DNA from: an uncultured Gemmatimonadaceae bacterium
GTDB lineage: Bacteria; Gemmatimonadota; Gemmatimonadetes; Gemmatimonadales; Gemmatimonadaceae
DNA length: 64,000 bases
Assembly: GCA_963740355.1 (NCBI GenBank)
Contig: CAVUDW010000003.1
Span: 864,001 to 928,000 of the forward strand
Direction: 5' to 3'
Shown: piece by piece, positions 1 through 9,632 of the stretch
How the letters are laid out: each line of letters starts with the position of its first letter
Position numbering within the stretch: position 1 is the stretch's first letter
Position numbers and translations under genes: made by a program
Notes under the pieces: generated by a model
The model's input: the letters and a program-made list of their open reading frames with translations, nothing else
Told to the model about the DNA's origin: nothing
Database searches by the model: none

Positions 1-2784
1 GGTCGCCTTGTCACGCACACGCTTGCCGAATGCGTACTGTGCCTGCATGTCGGCGATGGTGACATCCGGGATCCACGGATTCGCCTTCACGACCAGTGGC
101 GTCGAGACGACACGATTGTCGGCCGTCAGCCGCGCCGTGTAGCGACCCGGTGGCACCGCGGGTCCGGCAGTGCCAGCACCCCACAGAATCATACCGGGGA
201 ACGAGGCAATGCCTTGCGTGCGCAAATCCCAGACGAAGGCATTCAGGCCAGCCTTCACCGGAATTGACGCCTCGCCGCCGCGACGACGACCACCGCGCGG
301 TGCGGCACCACCCGCCGTGTCCGGCTCGATCGTACGTACGACCGCGCCAGCCGAGTCGAGGATTTCGAGCGTCGCACGCGACGGGGCGTTCTTCAGGAGG
401 TAGCTGATGTTGATGCCAGCGCCTGAGCGGAAGCCCGGCGGTGGCGTGAACATGTGCGCGTCGGATGCGAGGATCTGCGGTGTGGCCTGGCGCAGCGGCG
501 CCACGTTGTCCAGCACCCAGAACCCGCGGCCGTGTGTGGCGATCACCAGCTCGTTCGCTTCCACGATCAGGTCAGAGACCGGAACGTCTGGCATGTTGAG
601 CGAGAGGTTCGACCACGACGCACCATCGTCGTACGAGATGTAGACGCCGTGCTGCGTGGCCGCGTAGAGGAGGCCCTTGCGGGTCGGATCCTCACGCACC
701 GCGTGCACGTAGGCGTCAGCGCGAATGCCGGTGACGATCTTCGTCCAGGTACGGCCGTAGTCGGTCGTCTTGAAGATGTACGGCGAGAAGTCGTTCAGCA
801 GCGGCTTGCGCACCGAGATGTACGCCGTGCCCGGGTTGAACTTCGACGCGTCGATCTGGCTCACACGTCCGAAGTCCGGCATGTCCTTTGGCGTGACGTT
901 GGTCCAGGTCTTTCCACCGTCGCGCGTGACGTGCACCAGCCCATCATCGGACCCAGTCCAGATGATGTTGATGTCCGTCTTGCCCGGTGCCACGGAGAAG
1001 ATCACACCGTAGACCTCGGGACCATTCATGTCACCGGTGATCGGGCCACCGGACTTCTCCTGCGTGCTCGGATCGTGGCGCGTGAGATCGCCGCTCAGAA
1101 CCGCCCATGTCTTGCCACCGTCCGCCGTCTTCCAGAGGCGCTGCGACGACACGTAGAGAGTGCGCCGGTCGACGGGTGAGAAGATGATCGGGTACGTCCA
1201 CTGCCACCGCTCACGAATCGCCTTCGACGGTTCGCCGGAGTAGAACCACGGGTACGGGTTCACTTCGCGCGCCTGCCCGGTGCGGCGATTGAACTTGTCG
1301 AGATAGGCACCGTTGTTGGTGCCCGAGTAGAACAGGTCGGGATCGCGCGGATCGGGTGCGATGTAGCCGGGCTCACCGCCGCCGGCGACGTAGCTGACGG
1401 CCATGCCTCCCGCAGTGATCTCACGCCACGGGCGCGGCGGGCCGGTATCCGGGCGCGGCGCGTTGGCCGCGTTGAATGCCTGCAGGTTCCAGTTGTACGG
1501 CGTGCAGAGCGTGCTGTTGTCCTGCTGCGATCCGCAGACGTGAAACGGGATGTGCGTGGTCGTGATCGCGTGGTAGAACTGCTCGGTCGGGTAGTCCTCT
1601 TCCGTGTACTTGCCGCCGGTGTTCATCGACACCGCACCACCACCGTCGTTCGCGACCACCAGGTGCGCCGGGTTGTCGGGATCGATCCAGAGATCGTGCC
1701 AGTCACCGTGCGAATTGCCATCGATCGCGGTCAGCGTCTTGCCGGCGTCGGTCGAGCGAAAGATCGACGTGTTCTGCGCATACACGACATCCGCGTTCTT
1801 GTGATCGGCGAAGAGGTGTGTGTAGTAGAACGCACGCTGCCGGATGCTGCGGGCCGCGTTCATCAGCGTCCAGGTGGCGCCCGCGTCATCGCTCTTGAAC
1901 AGGCCACCGCTGTCGTTCTCGACCAGCGCGTAGACGCGATTCGAGTTCGCGGCCGTGGTGGCGACGCCAATCTTGCCGATCAGGCCCTTCGGCATGCCGG
2001 GATTGCGCGTGATCTCGGTCCACGTCTCACCGCCATCGGTGCTCTTGAACAGGCCACTGCCCGGACCGCCGCTCGACATCTGGAATTCGCGACGATACGC
2101 CTGCCAGAGTGATGCGTACATCACGTTCGGATTCGCGCGATCGAACGCGATGTCGATGCCGCCGGTGCTGTCGTCACGGAAGAGCACCTTCTTCCATGTG
2201 TTGCCACCGTCGGTGCTCTTGAAAATGCCGCGCTCCGGACTCGGCACGCTGTACTTGCCGAACGAGGCGACGAAGACGATGTCCGGATTGGTCGGATGGA
2301 TGCGGATCTTCGAGATCGCATGCGACTCGGAGAACCCAACATGCGTCCAGGTCTTGCCCGCGTCCTTGCTGCGGTAGACGCCATCACCGGGCATGATGTT
2401 GCCGCGAATGGCCGACTCACCCATGCCGATGAACACCAGGTCGGGGTTCGTCTCGCTCACCACCACCGCGCCGACCGACGCACTCTTGATCTGGCCGTCG
2501 GTGACGGGCATCCAGGTATCGCCACCGTCGGTCGTCTTCCACAGGCCGCCGCCGACTGCGCCGAAGTACGCCTCATTCGGCCGGCCGCGGACGCCGCTGG
2601 CAGCGATCGATCGGCCGCCGCGATCGGGACCGATGTTCCGCCACTTGTAGCCGGACATCAGGGTCGTGTCGAGCGCGGCCGACGACGTAGTGACAGGGTC
2701 GGGCTGCCAGAGGCTCCGGGTGCCCGCCGAGATGGCGGCGAGAGCAGGAAGCGCGAGAAGGAACAGCGGGCGCGGCGAGAACAT
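1..2784 (-). CDS. Secreted VPS10/sortilin-like BNR (Asp-box) beta-propeller protein, putative glycosyl hydrolase; C-terminus runs off the window
   Basis: Not in the ORF track. Read by eye from ATG 2784: signal peptide MFSPRPLFLLALPALAA, then WRNIGPDRGGRS, GGGLWKTTDGGDTW and repeated S/T-x-D-G-G-x-T-W Asp boxes. Paralog of 6191-9445. Confidence 0.85.
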   Translation of the reverse strand, partial: MFSPRPLFLLALPALAAISAGTRSLWQPDPVTTSSAALDTTLMSGYKWRNIGPDRGGRSIAASGVRGRPNEAYFGAVGGGLWKTTDGGDTWMPVTDGQIKSASVGAVVVSETNPDLVFIGMGESAIRGNIMPGDGVYRSKDAGKTWTHVGFSESHAISKIRIHPTNPDIVFVASFGKYSVPSPERGIFKSTDGGNTWKKVLFRDDSTGGIDIAFDRANPNVMYASLWQAYRREFQMSSGGPGSGLFKSTDGGETWTEITRNPGMPKGLIGKIGVATTAANSNRVYALVENDSGGLFKSDDAGATWTLMNAARSIRQRAFYYTHLFADHKNADVVYAQNTSIFRSTDAGKTLTAIDGNSHGDWHDLWIDPDNPAHLVVANDGGGAVSMNTGGKYTEEDYPTEQFYHAITTTHIPFHVCGSQQDNSTLCTPYNWNLQAFNAANAPRPDTGPPRPWREITAGGMAVSYVAGGGEPGYIAPDPRDPDLFYSGTNNGAYLDKFNRRTGQAREVNPYPWFYSGEPSKAIRERWQWTYPIIFSPVDRRTLYVSSQRLWKTADGGKTWAVLSGDLTRHDPSTQEKSGGPITGDMNGPEVYGVIFSVAPGKTDINIIWTGSDDGLVHVTRDGGKTWTNVTPKDMPDFGRVSQIDASKFNPGTAYISVRKPLLNDFSPYIFKTTDYGRTWTKIVTGIRADAYVHAVREDPTRKGLLYAATQHGVYISYDDGASWSNLSLNMPDVPVSDLIVEANELVIATHGRGFWVLDNVAPLRQATPQILASDAHMFTPPPGFRSGAGINISYLLKNAPSRATLEILDSAGAVVRTIEPDTAGGAAPRGGRRRGGEASIPVKAGLNAFVWDLRTQGIASFPGMILWGAGTAGPAVPPGRYTARLTADNRVVSTPLVVKANPWIPDVTIADMQAQYAFGKRVRDKAT

Positions 2785-2832
2785 ACGCGAGCTCGGTGGA
2801 GGGCGGCCGTGGAAGGGAGCACGGGCAATACG

Positions 2833-2864
2833 AAGGCAACGTTGAACGACAAGGCAACGTTGAA
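2833..2864. repeat. 14-bp direct repeat AAGGCAACGTTGAA x2 (period 18), possible operator
   Basis: Copies at 2833-2846 and 2851-2864, each with the palindrome CAACGTTG, about 50 bp upstream of the 2784 start. Confidence 0.5.
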
Positions 2865-2948
2865 GCGCGTCGCGCCCGACGCAAGGCGTCCGGCCAACCT
2901 GCAGAGAACGCGGCAGCGCGCGGGCAGCAGTGATGCCGCCCGCTGGGT

Positions 2949-5150
2949 TCAGTTCCCGCGCGACACCGCACCGCGCGCCGCATCGAGTGCGAGCGGGTCA
3001 CCGGTGCGCACATCGCGCAGGATCCCACGGACGTTGGTCACCGACGGCACCCCAAGCTCGCGCAGGATGATCGACGCGTGCGAGAGTTCACCGCCCATCT
3101 CCACCACCACGCCGGCCACGCGGCGGAAGAGCAAGGCCCACTCGGCATCGACGGCCGGCGCGACCAGAATCGTTTCGTCGGGCACCCACCCGGCTGGAGG
3201 CGAGGCGGTGGGGCCTTCGGCGCACCACGCGCGTCCACTCACCCGCCCAGGCGCCAACCCGATGCCTTGCCACCCTTCACGCAACGGCGTGGGCGACTTG
3301 CGCGGGTCACGCTTCAGGCGATCGAAGCGCCGGAAGACACCTGGAATGGTCACCGCCGCCTCACCTCGGCGATCATGTTCCCGCTTCTCGAAGAAGGCGG
3401 TGTCGTACATGGCGCCGCCATCGAGCGCGGTGGCCTCGTCGGCTGAGAGCAGCCAGATGTCATCACGCTTGCGCAGGGCGCCGCGCTGCACCGCGGCATC
3501 GGCCGCCTGGTGCATCAACTCGCGAATCATCGCGAACGCAACCATGGCATCATCACGCAGTCCTTCGCGTGCACGCAGTGGTCGCTGTGCCATCCACCAC
3601 AGCGGCAGCGTGACCCACTCGCTCAATGTGCGGAATGGGATGGTGCGCGGTTCGATCGGATAGGCGAGCTCGTGCCGCAGCAGCGCCAGCACGGCCGCTG
3701 GCTGTTCGCGCCAGCGGGCCTGCGCCAGGTCACTCTCGTATGGCCCGCGATGCCCATGCCGCTCGAGCCACTGTTTCCACTCGTATGCACCAGACTCACT
3801 CGCAGGTGGTTCGCCGACGGCGATCCGCGCGATGTCGTCTGGATGATCACGCACGGCGGGCACCACGTCGCGCCGCAGCGCCTCGATCACGTCGCTGCCA
3901 GGGGTACGCTGACGCGCCATGTGGGCCGCGAGAGTTCCGGTGCGACGCAACAGGGCCAGTGGCGTCGCCATCGCGGCCGTCAGTGCGAACATCGATTGCA
4001 CCAGCAGGACGTACCGTCGCTGTGCGGCCTGCACCAACGGCGCGACTTCGCCCTCGGCTTCGAGCAGGTCGCGCGACAGGATCGTCAGGCGCGCGCGACG
4101 TGTGCTGCTGACAGCCGTGAATTGCGCCCACAACATGCGCGCCAGCGCCGGCATGGCGGTCCGTACCCGATTGAAGCGCCAGCCGACTGGTCGCACATCG
4201 CGACCGCCGATGGCATCGGTCACGAAGTGCGTCGGCAATCCCCAGGTGCGAAGCATGTCCGTCAACAACGAGAGGTTGATGACGGGTCGCCCCTCGAACA
4301 CCTCGATGAAGGGGCGGGTCGCCGGCAATGCGGCGTCGGCGCGACGGTACCACGAGAACAGTCCGCCGGCGCACGACGCGATCAGCGTGGCCATGAATCG
4401 GCTCGGCAGCGGCGGCAGGATCTCGCGATGATTCGCCAGCGTGAACCACTCGTTGCGCACCGTCGCACGCGTCACTGGACGCAGCTGCACCACCCAGCAG
4501 ACCGTGCCATCGTCCGCCCATTCCACATCCCAGTCGCCGCTGCCCCAACGGTTCACGTTGGCCAGTTCACGCACCAGCTGCAGCACGCGCTGCAGTCGCT
4601 GCGCCCACGGTGGCAGCAACACGTCACTCGGTTCACCGCGACGGCAGCGCGGGATTTCGAGCGTCTGCCCACTCACCGTCCCAGCGAGCAACTCCTCTGC
4701 GGTCCCTGCCACGACGTTGACGAGATCATCCTCGTGCTCGCGTTCCGTGAATGCGACACCGGCGTTCTTCGCATCGACGAGCTTCATCACGATCAGGTCG
4801 CGGCGCGGCGCGGCTCCCTCCCCCGACGCGCGCACACGCGCCACCGCGGCGGCAATCGCCTCCCGATCGTCGGATGACACGCGCAGCACACTGGTGAAGG
4901 CACCGCTCTGGCTCTCACGCTTGCGGTCTTCGGTCGAGAATGCGGAGCGAATCACCAGCATCGTCGAACGCAGGTCCGGGGGCAGCGGGTAGCCTGCGCT
5001 GCACCATTCCTCGAACGAGGCGTCCGGCACGACGATCCCGGGCGGGATTGCCACACCGGCCAAGGCCGCCCGGTGCAACATGGCCGCTTTCGGCGACGCG
5101 TCAGCGGCCCGGTTGTCGCTCCCGCCCAGCTCGACGAAGTGCCTGCTCAC
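2949..5150 (-). CDS. PEP-utilising/PPDK-like phosphotransferase (ATP-grasp, central domain, C-terminal phospho-His domain; rifamycin phosphotransferase-type architecture)
   Basis: VIRSAFSTED, DVEWADDG..VQLRPVT and C-terminal GGELSHASIILRELGVP motifs. Confidence 0.8.
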   Translation of the reverse strand: MSRHFVELGGSDNRAADASPKAAMLHRAALAGVAIPPGIVVPDASFEEWCSAGYPLPPDLRSTMLVIRSAFSTEDRKRESQSGAFTSVLRVSSDDREAIAAAVARVRASGEGAAPRRDLIVMKLVDAKNAGVAFTEREHEDDLVNVVAGTAEELLAGTVSGQTLEIPRCRRGEPSDVLLPPWAQRLQRVLQLVRELANVNRWGSGDWDVEWADDGTVCWVVQLRPVTRATVRNEWFTLANHREILPPLPSRFMATLIASCAGGLFSWYRRADAALPATRPFIEVFEGRPVINLSLLTDMLRTWGLPTHFVTDAIGGRDVRPVGWRFNRVRTAMPALARMLWAQFTAVSSTRRARLTILSRDLLEAEGEVAPLVQAAQRRYVLLVQSMFALTAAMATPLALLRRTGTLAAHMARQRTPGSDVIEALRRDVVPAVRDHPDDIARIAVGEPPASESGAYEWKQWLERHGHRGPYESDLAQARWREQPAAVLALLRHELAYPIEPRTIPFRTLSEWVTLPLWWMAQRPLRAREGLRDDAMVAFAMIRELMHQAADAAVQRGALRKRDDIWLLSADEATALDGGAMYDTAFFEKREHDRRGEAAVTIPGVFRRFDRLKRDPRKSPTPLREGWQGIGLAPGRVSGRAWCAEGPTASPPAGWVPDETILVAPAVDAEWALLFRRVAGVVVEMGGELSHASIILRELGVPSVTNVRGILRDVRTGDPLALDAARGAVSRGN

Positions 5151-5326
5151 GACCCACGCGCGGGTGCGTCCGTCGCAGGCGGCAGCTGATACATGGGGTT
5201 GGCGGTCTGGGGCATGGGAACGGGAAGCTATTGCGACTGGGGCGTGAGCGGTGTCAGCGGCATCGGCAGGATTCGAACCAGCCTCAGCGCATGGACCGCG
5301 CCACCTTGTCGTAATTGCTGAGATCG

Positions 5327-6085
5327 CTAGACGAACCGGGGCGGCCGCTTCTCCAGAAATGCCATCATCGCTTCCCGGAACTCGGGGCCCCGCAGCTGCG
5401 GCAAGAACGCCGAGGCTTCCTCCTGCATGCGGCTCGCGATCCCCGTTCCCTCACTCTTGATCAACGCCTTGGTCAGCCGGAGCGCCGTCGGTGCCTTGGC
5501 AGCCAGCGTGTTGGCCCAGGCCAGTGCGTCGGTTTCCGCCTCACCCGGCGGGCTGACCTTGTTGATGATGCCGAAACGTTCAGCGGTGGCGGCGTCGAAC
5601 ATCTCGCCAAGCAGCAGCAACTCGCTGGCGCGGACGTGGCCGAGCATCCGCGGCAGGAGCAGGCTCGAGGCGGCCTCCGGCACCAATCCGAGATTGATGA
5701 ATGGCACCGAGAAGCGCGCCGCCGGATCGGCGACCACCAGGTCACAGTGCAGCAGCATCGTGGTGCCGATGCCGACGGCGACACCGGTGACCGCTGCCAC
5801 GACAGGCTTCGGGCAGGTGGAAATTTCGCGGAGGAACTGAAAGACCGGACTCTCGGCGTCAACTGGAGGCGTCGCCGCGAAGTCCTTCAGGTCGTTGCCG
5901 CTGGTGAACGCACCACCAGCGCCGGTGATCAGCACCACCCGCACGCCGTCATCGGCAGTGGCCTCGCGGAGCGCCGCCGTCATGCCGCGGTACATGTCCG
6001 TGGTGAGGGCGTTCTTCTTCTCGGCACGCGCCATGCGGATCGTGAGTACCGCTCCGTTGCGCTCGGTCAGGACGTGATCGCTCAT
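5327..6085 (-). CDS. Enoyl-CoA hydratase/isomerase family protein
   Basis: EKKNAL, FTSGNDL, KPVVAAVTGVAVGIG, LGLVPEAASS crotonase motifs; start taken at MSDHV. Confidence 0.9.
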   Translation of the reverse strand: MSDHVLTERNGAVLTIRMARAEKKNALTTDMYRGMTAALREATADDGVRVVLITGAGGAFTSGNDLKDFAATPPVDAESPVFQFLREISTCPKPVVAAVTGVAVGIGTTMLLHCDLVVADPAARFSVPFINLGLVPEAASSLLLPRMLGHVRASELLLLGEMFDAATAERFGIINKVSPPGEAETDALAWANTLAAKAPTALRLTKALIKSEGTGIASRMQEEASAFLPQLRGPEFREAMMAFLEKRPPRFV

Positions 6086-6190
6086 GGGTGAACGATCACG
6101 CGCGACACAGCCGCTCGCAATGGCCGCCATGTCGCGCGCGCAAACTCGATCTGTACTCTCGTCGCGTGGTGACGACGAGGTGATGCCGGC

Positions 6191-9100
6191 TCAGAAAATG
6201 ATGTTGTTCTGCACGTTCCGATTGCGCAGCATCTGCCGGAACGCGTTCAGCTCATCCTTCATCACCGTATCGTACTGCCCCTTTACCTTCTGCAGCGCAT
6301 CGTGCAACACCGCCTGCACCTGCTTGTGGGCATCGGTTGGCGCGTAATCGGACGATGCGATGCTCCCGCCCAGGTACACCAGCTTCTCGCCGATGCGGAA
6401 TGGCTGGCGCAAGGCGTCCTGACCACGCCCGGTGGTGTGCAGCTGCAGCAGTTGTTCCTCAACGCCGAGCAGTCGCTTCTCCATCGAGTCGGCCTGGCTT
6501 CGCACATCAGCGAGGGCCACTTCAGTGCCAAGCGTCGCGCGCACGGTCGCCAACTGTGCGCGAACCTGTTCGAGGTTGTTCACCATGTCGACCGTGGTGT
6601 TGAGGTCAGCCGCGATGTCCGCCGCCATCGTGGCTTGCGCCACCAGCTCGGCGTCGGCAGCGCCCGACGATGGATCACGCCGGACCACCAGCGGCTGCGA
6701 CTGCTTCTCGTTGCCAACGGTGAGTGTCACGGTGTACGTGCCGGGCACCACCAGCGCGCTGATGCGCCCCAGCCCTGGTGCCGCCTTCCCCTCGGCCGGA
6801 TATCGGACGTCGGGCGAGTACGGATTGACCGTGCGCAGCATCGGTTCGCGCGTCTCGTCGTTCATCAGGTTCCAGTACACCCGATTCATGCCGGCCTTCG
6901 CCGCGGCACGCAGCGTGCGCACCACCTTGCCGGTCGCATCGGCGAAGGTCAGCGTGACACTGTCCTTGGTGTCGGCCTTGAGCCAGAAGTGCAACGAGGC
7001 GCCGTAGGTGGGATTGGTGCCGTTTACCGGATCGTCGAGGTCTGCGAACGGCGCCTCGGCAAACCGGAACCGGTATGCATCACGCGGGGCGAAGAGGTGC
7101 ACCGGCTTGGCCACCACCTCCGGCCCCATCGTGCGCAGTGGGGTGATGTCGTCGAGAATCCAGAAGCCGCGGCCATAGGTCGCGATCACCAGATCGTTGA
7201 AGTGCTCCTGCACCGTGATCCAGTACACCGGCGCATGCGCAAGATTGTTCTGCAGCGGCTGCCAGCGCTCGCCATCGGTGAACGAGACATACACGCCATT
7301 CTCGGTGCCCGCATACAACAGGCCGCGGCGCACTGGGTCCTCGCGCACGACATGGACGTACGACAGCGGCGACCTGGGAATGCCGGTGACCAGCAATCGC
7401 CACGTCTTTCCGAAATCGGTCGTCTTGTAGATGAAGGGATCACGATTGTTCACCTGATGGCCATCGACGGAGATGTAGGCCGTTCCCTCGTCGAAGCGGC
7501 TCGCCTCGATGTTCGAGATCGTGCCCCAGGTCAGCAGGCCCGGCACGTTCGCCGTTACGTCTGACCAGCTGGTACCACCATCGCGCGTGATGTGGACCTT
7601 GCCGTCGTTGGTGCCCGCCCAGATCAGCTTCCCATTCTTCGGCGACTCCGTGATGGCGAACAGTACGCCTGAATACTCGACGCCGATGTTGTCCGGAGTG
7701 AGGCCGCCGGAGCGGACCATGCGCGTACGATCGTTCCGCGTCAGATCGGGCGAGATCACGTTCCAGGTGCGACCACCATTGGTCGTGACGTGCACCACCT
7801 GTGATCCGGTATACACGCGATTGTGGTCGTTCGGCGACAGGTGCACCGGTGCCGTCCAGACGAAGCGGTACTTCACCTCTTCCGCGGAGTGTCCGATGGT
7901 CGCTTCGGGCCAGACCTCGACAGCGGTTGAAAGATTGGTGCGCATGTCGTAGCGCGACATGATGCCACCACCGGCTCCCGAACCGGAGGCGCTCGACCAG
8001 ACGAGGTTCGTGTCGACAAGATCCGGCTGGGCCCAGCCGGATTCACCACCTCCCACTGACGACCACGCACCGCGCGGTATGCCGTAGGCATCGAGCTTGT
8101 TGTTCGACGGCCCCATCGTGGAGGGACCATCCTGGCGATTGCCGTACAACCGATAGGGGATCCGATTGTCGGTGGCGACATGGTACATCTGCGCGATGGG
8201 CAGCTGGATGCGACGCCAGGTCTGTCCGCGATTTTCGGAGATCGAAATGCCGCCATCGTGACTCACGGCCAATCGATTGCCATTGCCCGGATCGATCCAG
8301 ATGTCGTGGTGGTCGCCGCCGGGAACACTCCGATTGGGTGGATCGAGAATGGTGCGCCCGCCATCCAGTGTCTGTGCCCAGCTCGCGGTGAGGAAGTATG
8401 CCTCGTCCGGATTGTCGGGCATCGCGGCCATGCGGTTGTAGTAGTGTGTGCGACCCGCCACCTGCTGGTCGTAACTGACGACCTGCCAGTTGGTGCCGCC
8501 ATCGTCGGAACGCCAGAGTCGGCCGCGGGTCGTCTCCTTGATGTGGAGCGCCGGTACACCGTCGCCAGCCTCGATCAGCGCATAGATGCGATTCGAATTC
8601 GCCTTCGACATCGCGAGACCGATCTTGCCCACTTGTGTCGTTGGCAGCCCGTTGCCGGTCAGGCGCTTCCAGGTCGTGCCACCATCGCGCGACATCCAGA
8701 TGCCGCTGCCCGCGCCACCGGAGACGCGGCCCCAGGTGTTGATCTGTACCTGCCACATGCCCGCGAATAGGATGCGCGGATTGCTCGGATCCATGATCAA
8801 TTCCGACGCACCGGTACTGTCGTTCACGAACAGCACGCGCTCCCAGTTCTTGCCGCCGTCGAGCGATCGGTAAATGCCGCGCTCTTGCTGCGGTCCGTAG
8901 GCGTGTCCCAACGACGCGACGTAGACGATATCCGGATTCGTCGGATGCACCACGATGCGCGCAATGCGCCCGGTGTTGTCGAGTCCCATCTTCGTCCAGT
9001 TCTTGCCCGCATCCGTGGACCGGAAGACGCCCCAGCCAACCGAGATGTTGGATCGGATGAAGGGCTCGCCCGTGCCGGCCCAGACCACGTTCGGATCCGA

Positions 9101-9445
9101 AGGTGCCACGGCCAGCGCACCGATCGACGACACCGGCTGATCCTCGAAGATCGCATTCCACGTGACACCACCATCACTCGTCTTCCACAGGCCACCGGAC
9201 GCGGCACCGGCGTAGTAGGTCGTCCGATCGCCAGCCACACCAGCCACCGAGGTGACCCGATTGCCCTCGGGTCCGACATGGCGCCACTTGAGATTGTTGA
9301 GTGCGGCGGAATCGATCGTTGCTGCCGGTGAACCCGTCGTGCGCGAGGCCTGGGCGGCGGCGAACTGTGGCAGGAGTGGTGCGACCAGCATGCTGAGCAA
9401 CGGCGAGAACAACGACGCCAGGCGTGCGAGGCGACGGGATCGCAT
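6191..9445 (-). CDS. Secreted VPS10/BNR-repeat beta-propeller protein, putative glycosyl hydrolase
   Basis: Signal peptide, WRHVGPEGNRV, many SxDGGxxW Asp boxes, GDHHDIWIDP, helical C-terminus. ORF track extends the start to 9514. Confidence 0.85.
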   Translation of the reverse strand: MRSRRLARLASLFSPLLSMLVAPLLPQFAAAQASRTTGSPAATIDSAALNNLKWRHVGPEGNRVTSVAGVAGDRTTYYAGAASGGLWKTSDGGVTWNAIFEDQPVSSIGALAVAPSDPNVVWAGTGEPFIRSNISVGWGVFRSTDAGKNWTKMGLDNTGRIARIVVHPTNPDIVYVASLGHAYGPQQERGIYRSLDGGKNWERVLFVNDSTGASELIMDPSNPRILFAGMWQVQINTWGRVSGGAGSGIWMSRDGGTTWKRLTGNGLPTTQVGKIGLAMSKANSNRIYALIEAGDGVPALHIKETTRGRLWRSDDGGTNWQVVSYDQQVAGRTHYYNRMAAMPDNPDEAYFLTASWAQTLDGGRTILDPPNRSVPGGDHHDIWIDPGNGNRLAVSHDGGISISENRGQTWRRIQLPIAQMYHVATDNRIPYRLYGNRQDGPSTMGPSNNKLDAYGIPRGAWSSVGGGESGWAQPDLVDTNLVWSSASGSGAGGGIMSRYDMRTNLSTAVEVWPEATIGHSAEEVKYRFVWTAPVHLSPNDHNRVYTGSQVVHVTTNGGRTWNVISPDLTRNDRTRMVRSGGLTPDNIGVEYSGVLFAITESPKNGKLIWAGTNDGKVHITRDGGTSWSDVTANVPGLLTWGTISNIEASRFDEGTAYISVDGHQVNNRDPFIYKTTDFGKTWRLLVTGIPRSPLSYVHVVREDPVRRGLLYAGTENGVYVSFTDGERWQPLQNNLAHAPVYWITVQEHFNDLVIATYGRGFWILDDITPLRTMGPEVVAKPVHLFAPRDAYRFRFAEAPFADLDDPVNGTNPTYGASLHFWLKADTKDSVTLTFADATGKVVRTLRAAAKAGMNRVYWNLMNDETREPMLRTVNPYSPDVRYPAEGKAAPGLGRISALVVPGTYTVTLTVGNEKQSQPLVVRRDPSSGAADAELVAQATMAADIAADLNTTVDMVNNLEQVRAQLATVRATLGTEVALADVRSQADSMEKRLLGVEEQLLQLHTTGRGQDALRQPFRIGEKLVYLGGSIASSDYAPTDAHKQVQAVLHDALQKVKGQYDTVMKDELNAFRQMLRNRNVQNNIIF

Positions 9446-9632
9446 GGGGAGGTCTCCAGGGGTGGGACGCCTGGACCGCAGCAGGGAGACCGCGGGCCAG
9501 ACGGTGGGTGACACAAGGCTCGCGCACTGTGCCTGACAGCGCCAGCGTCAGCAGCCAGCGAGGCTTCGGGAGCGGGTATCCTTCGGTGCCAGCACACACA
9601 CGCCCCGCCAGTCCTGTCCTCCATTGCCCCAC

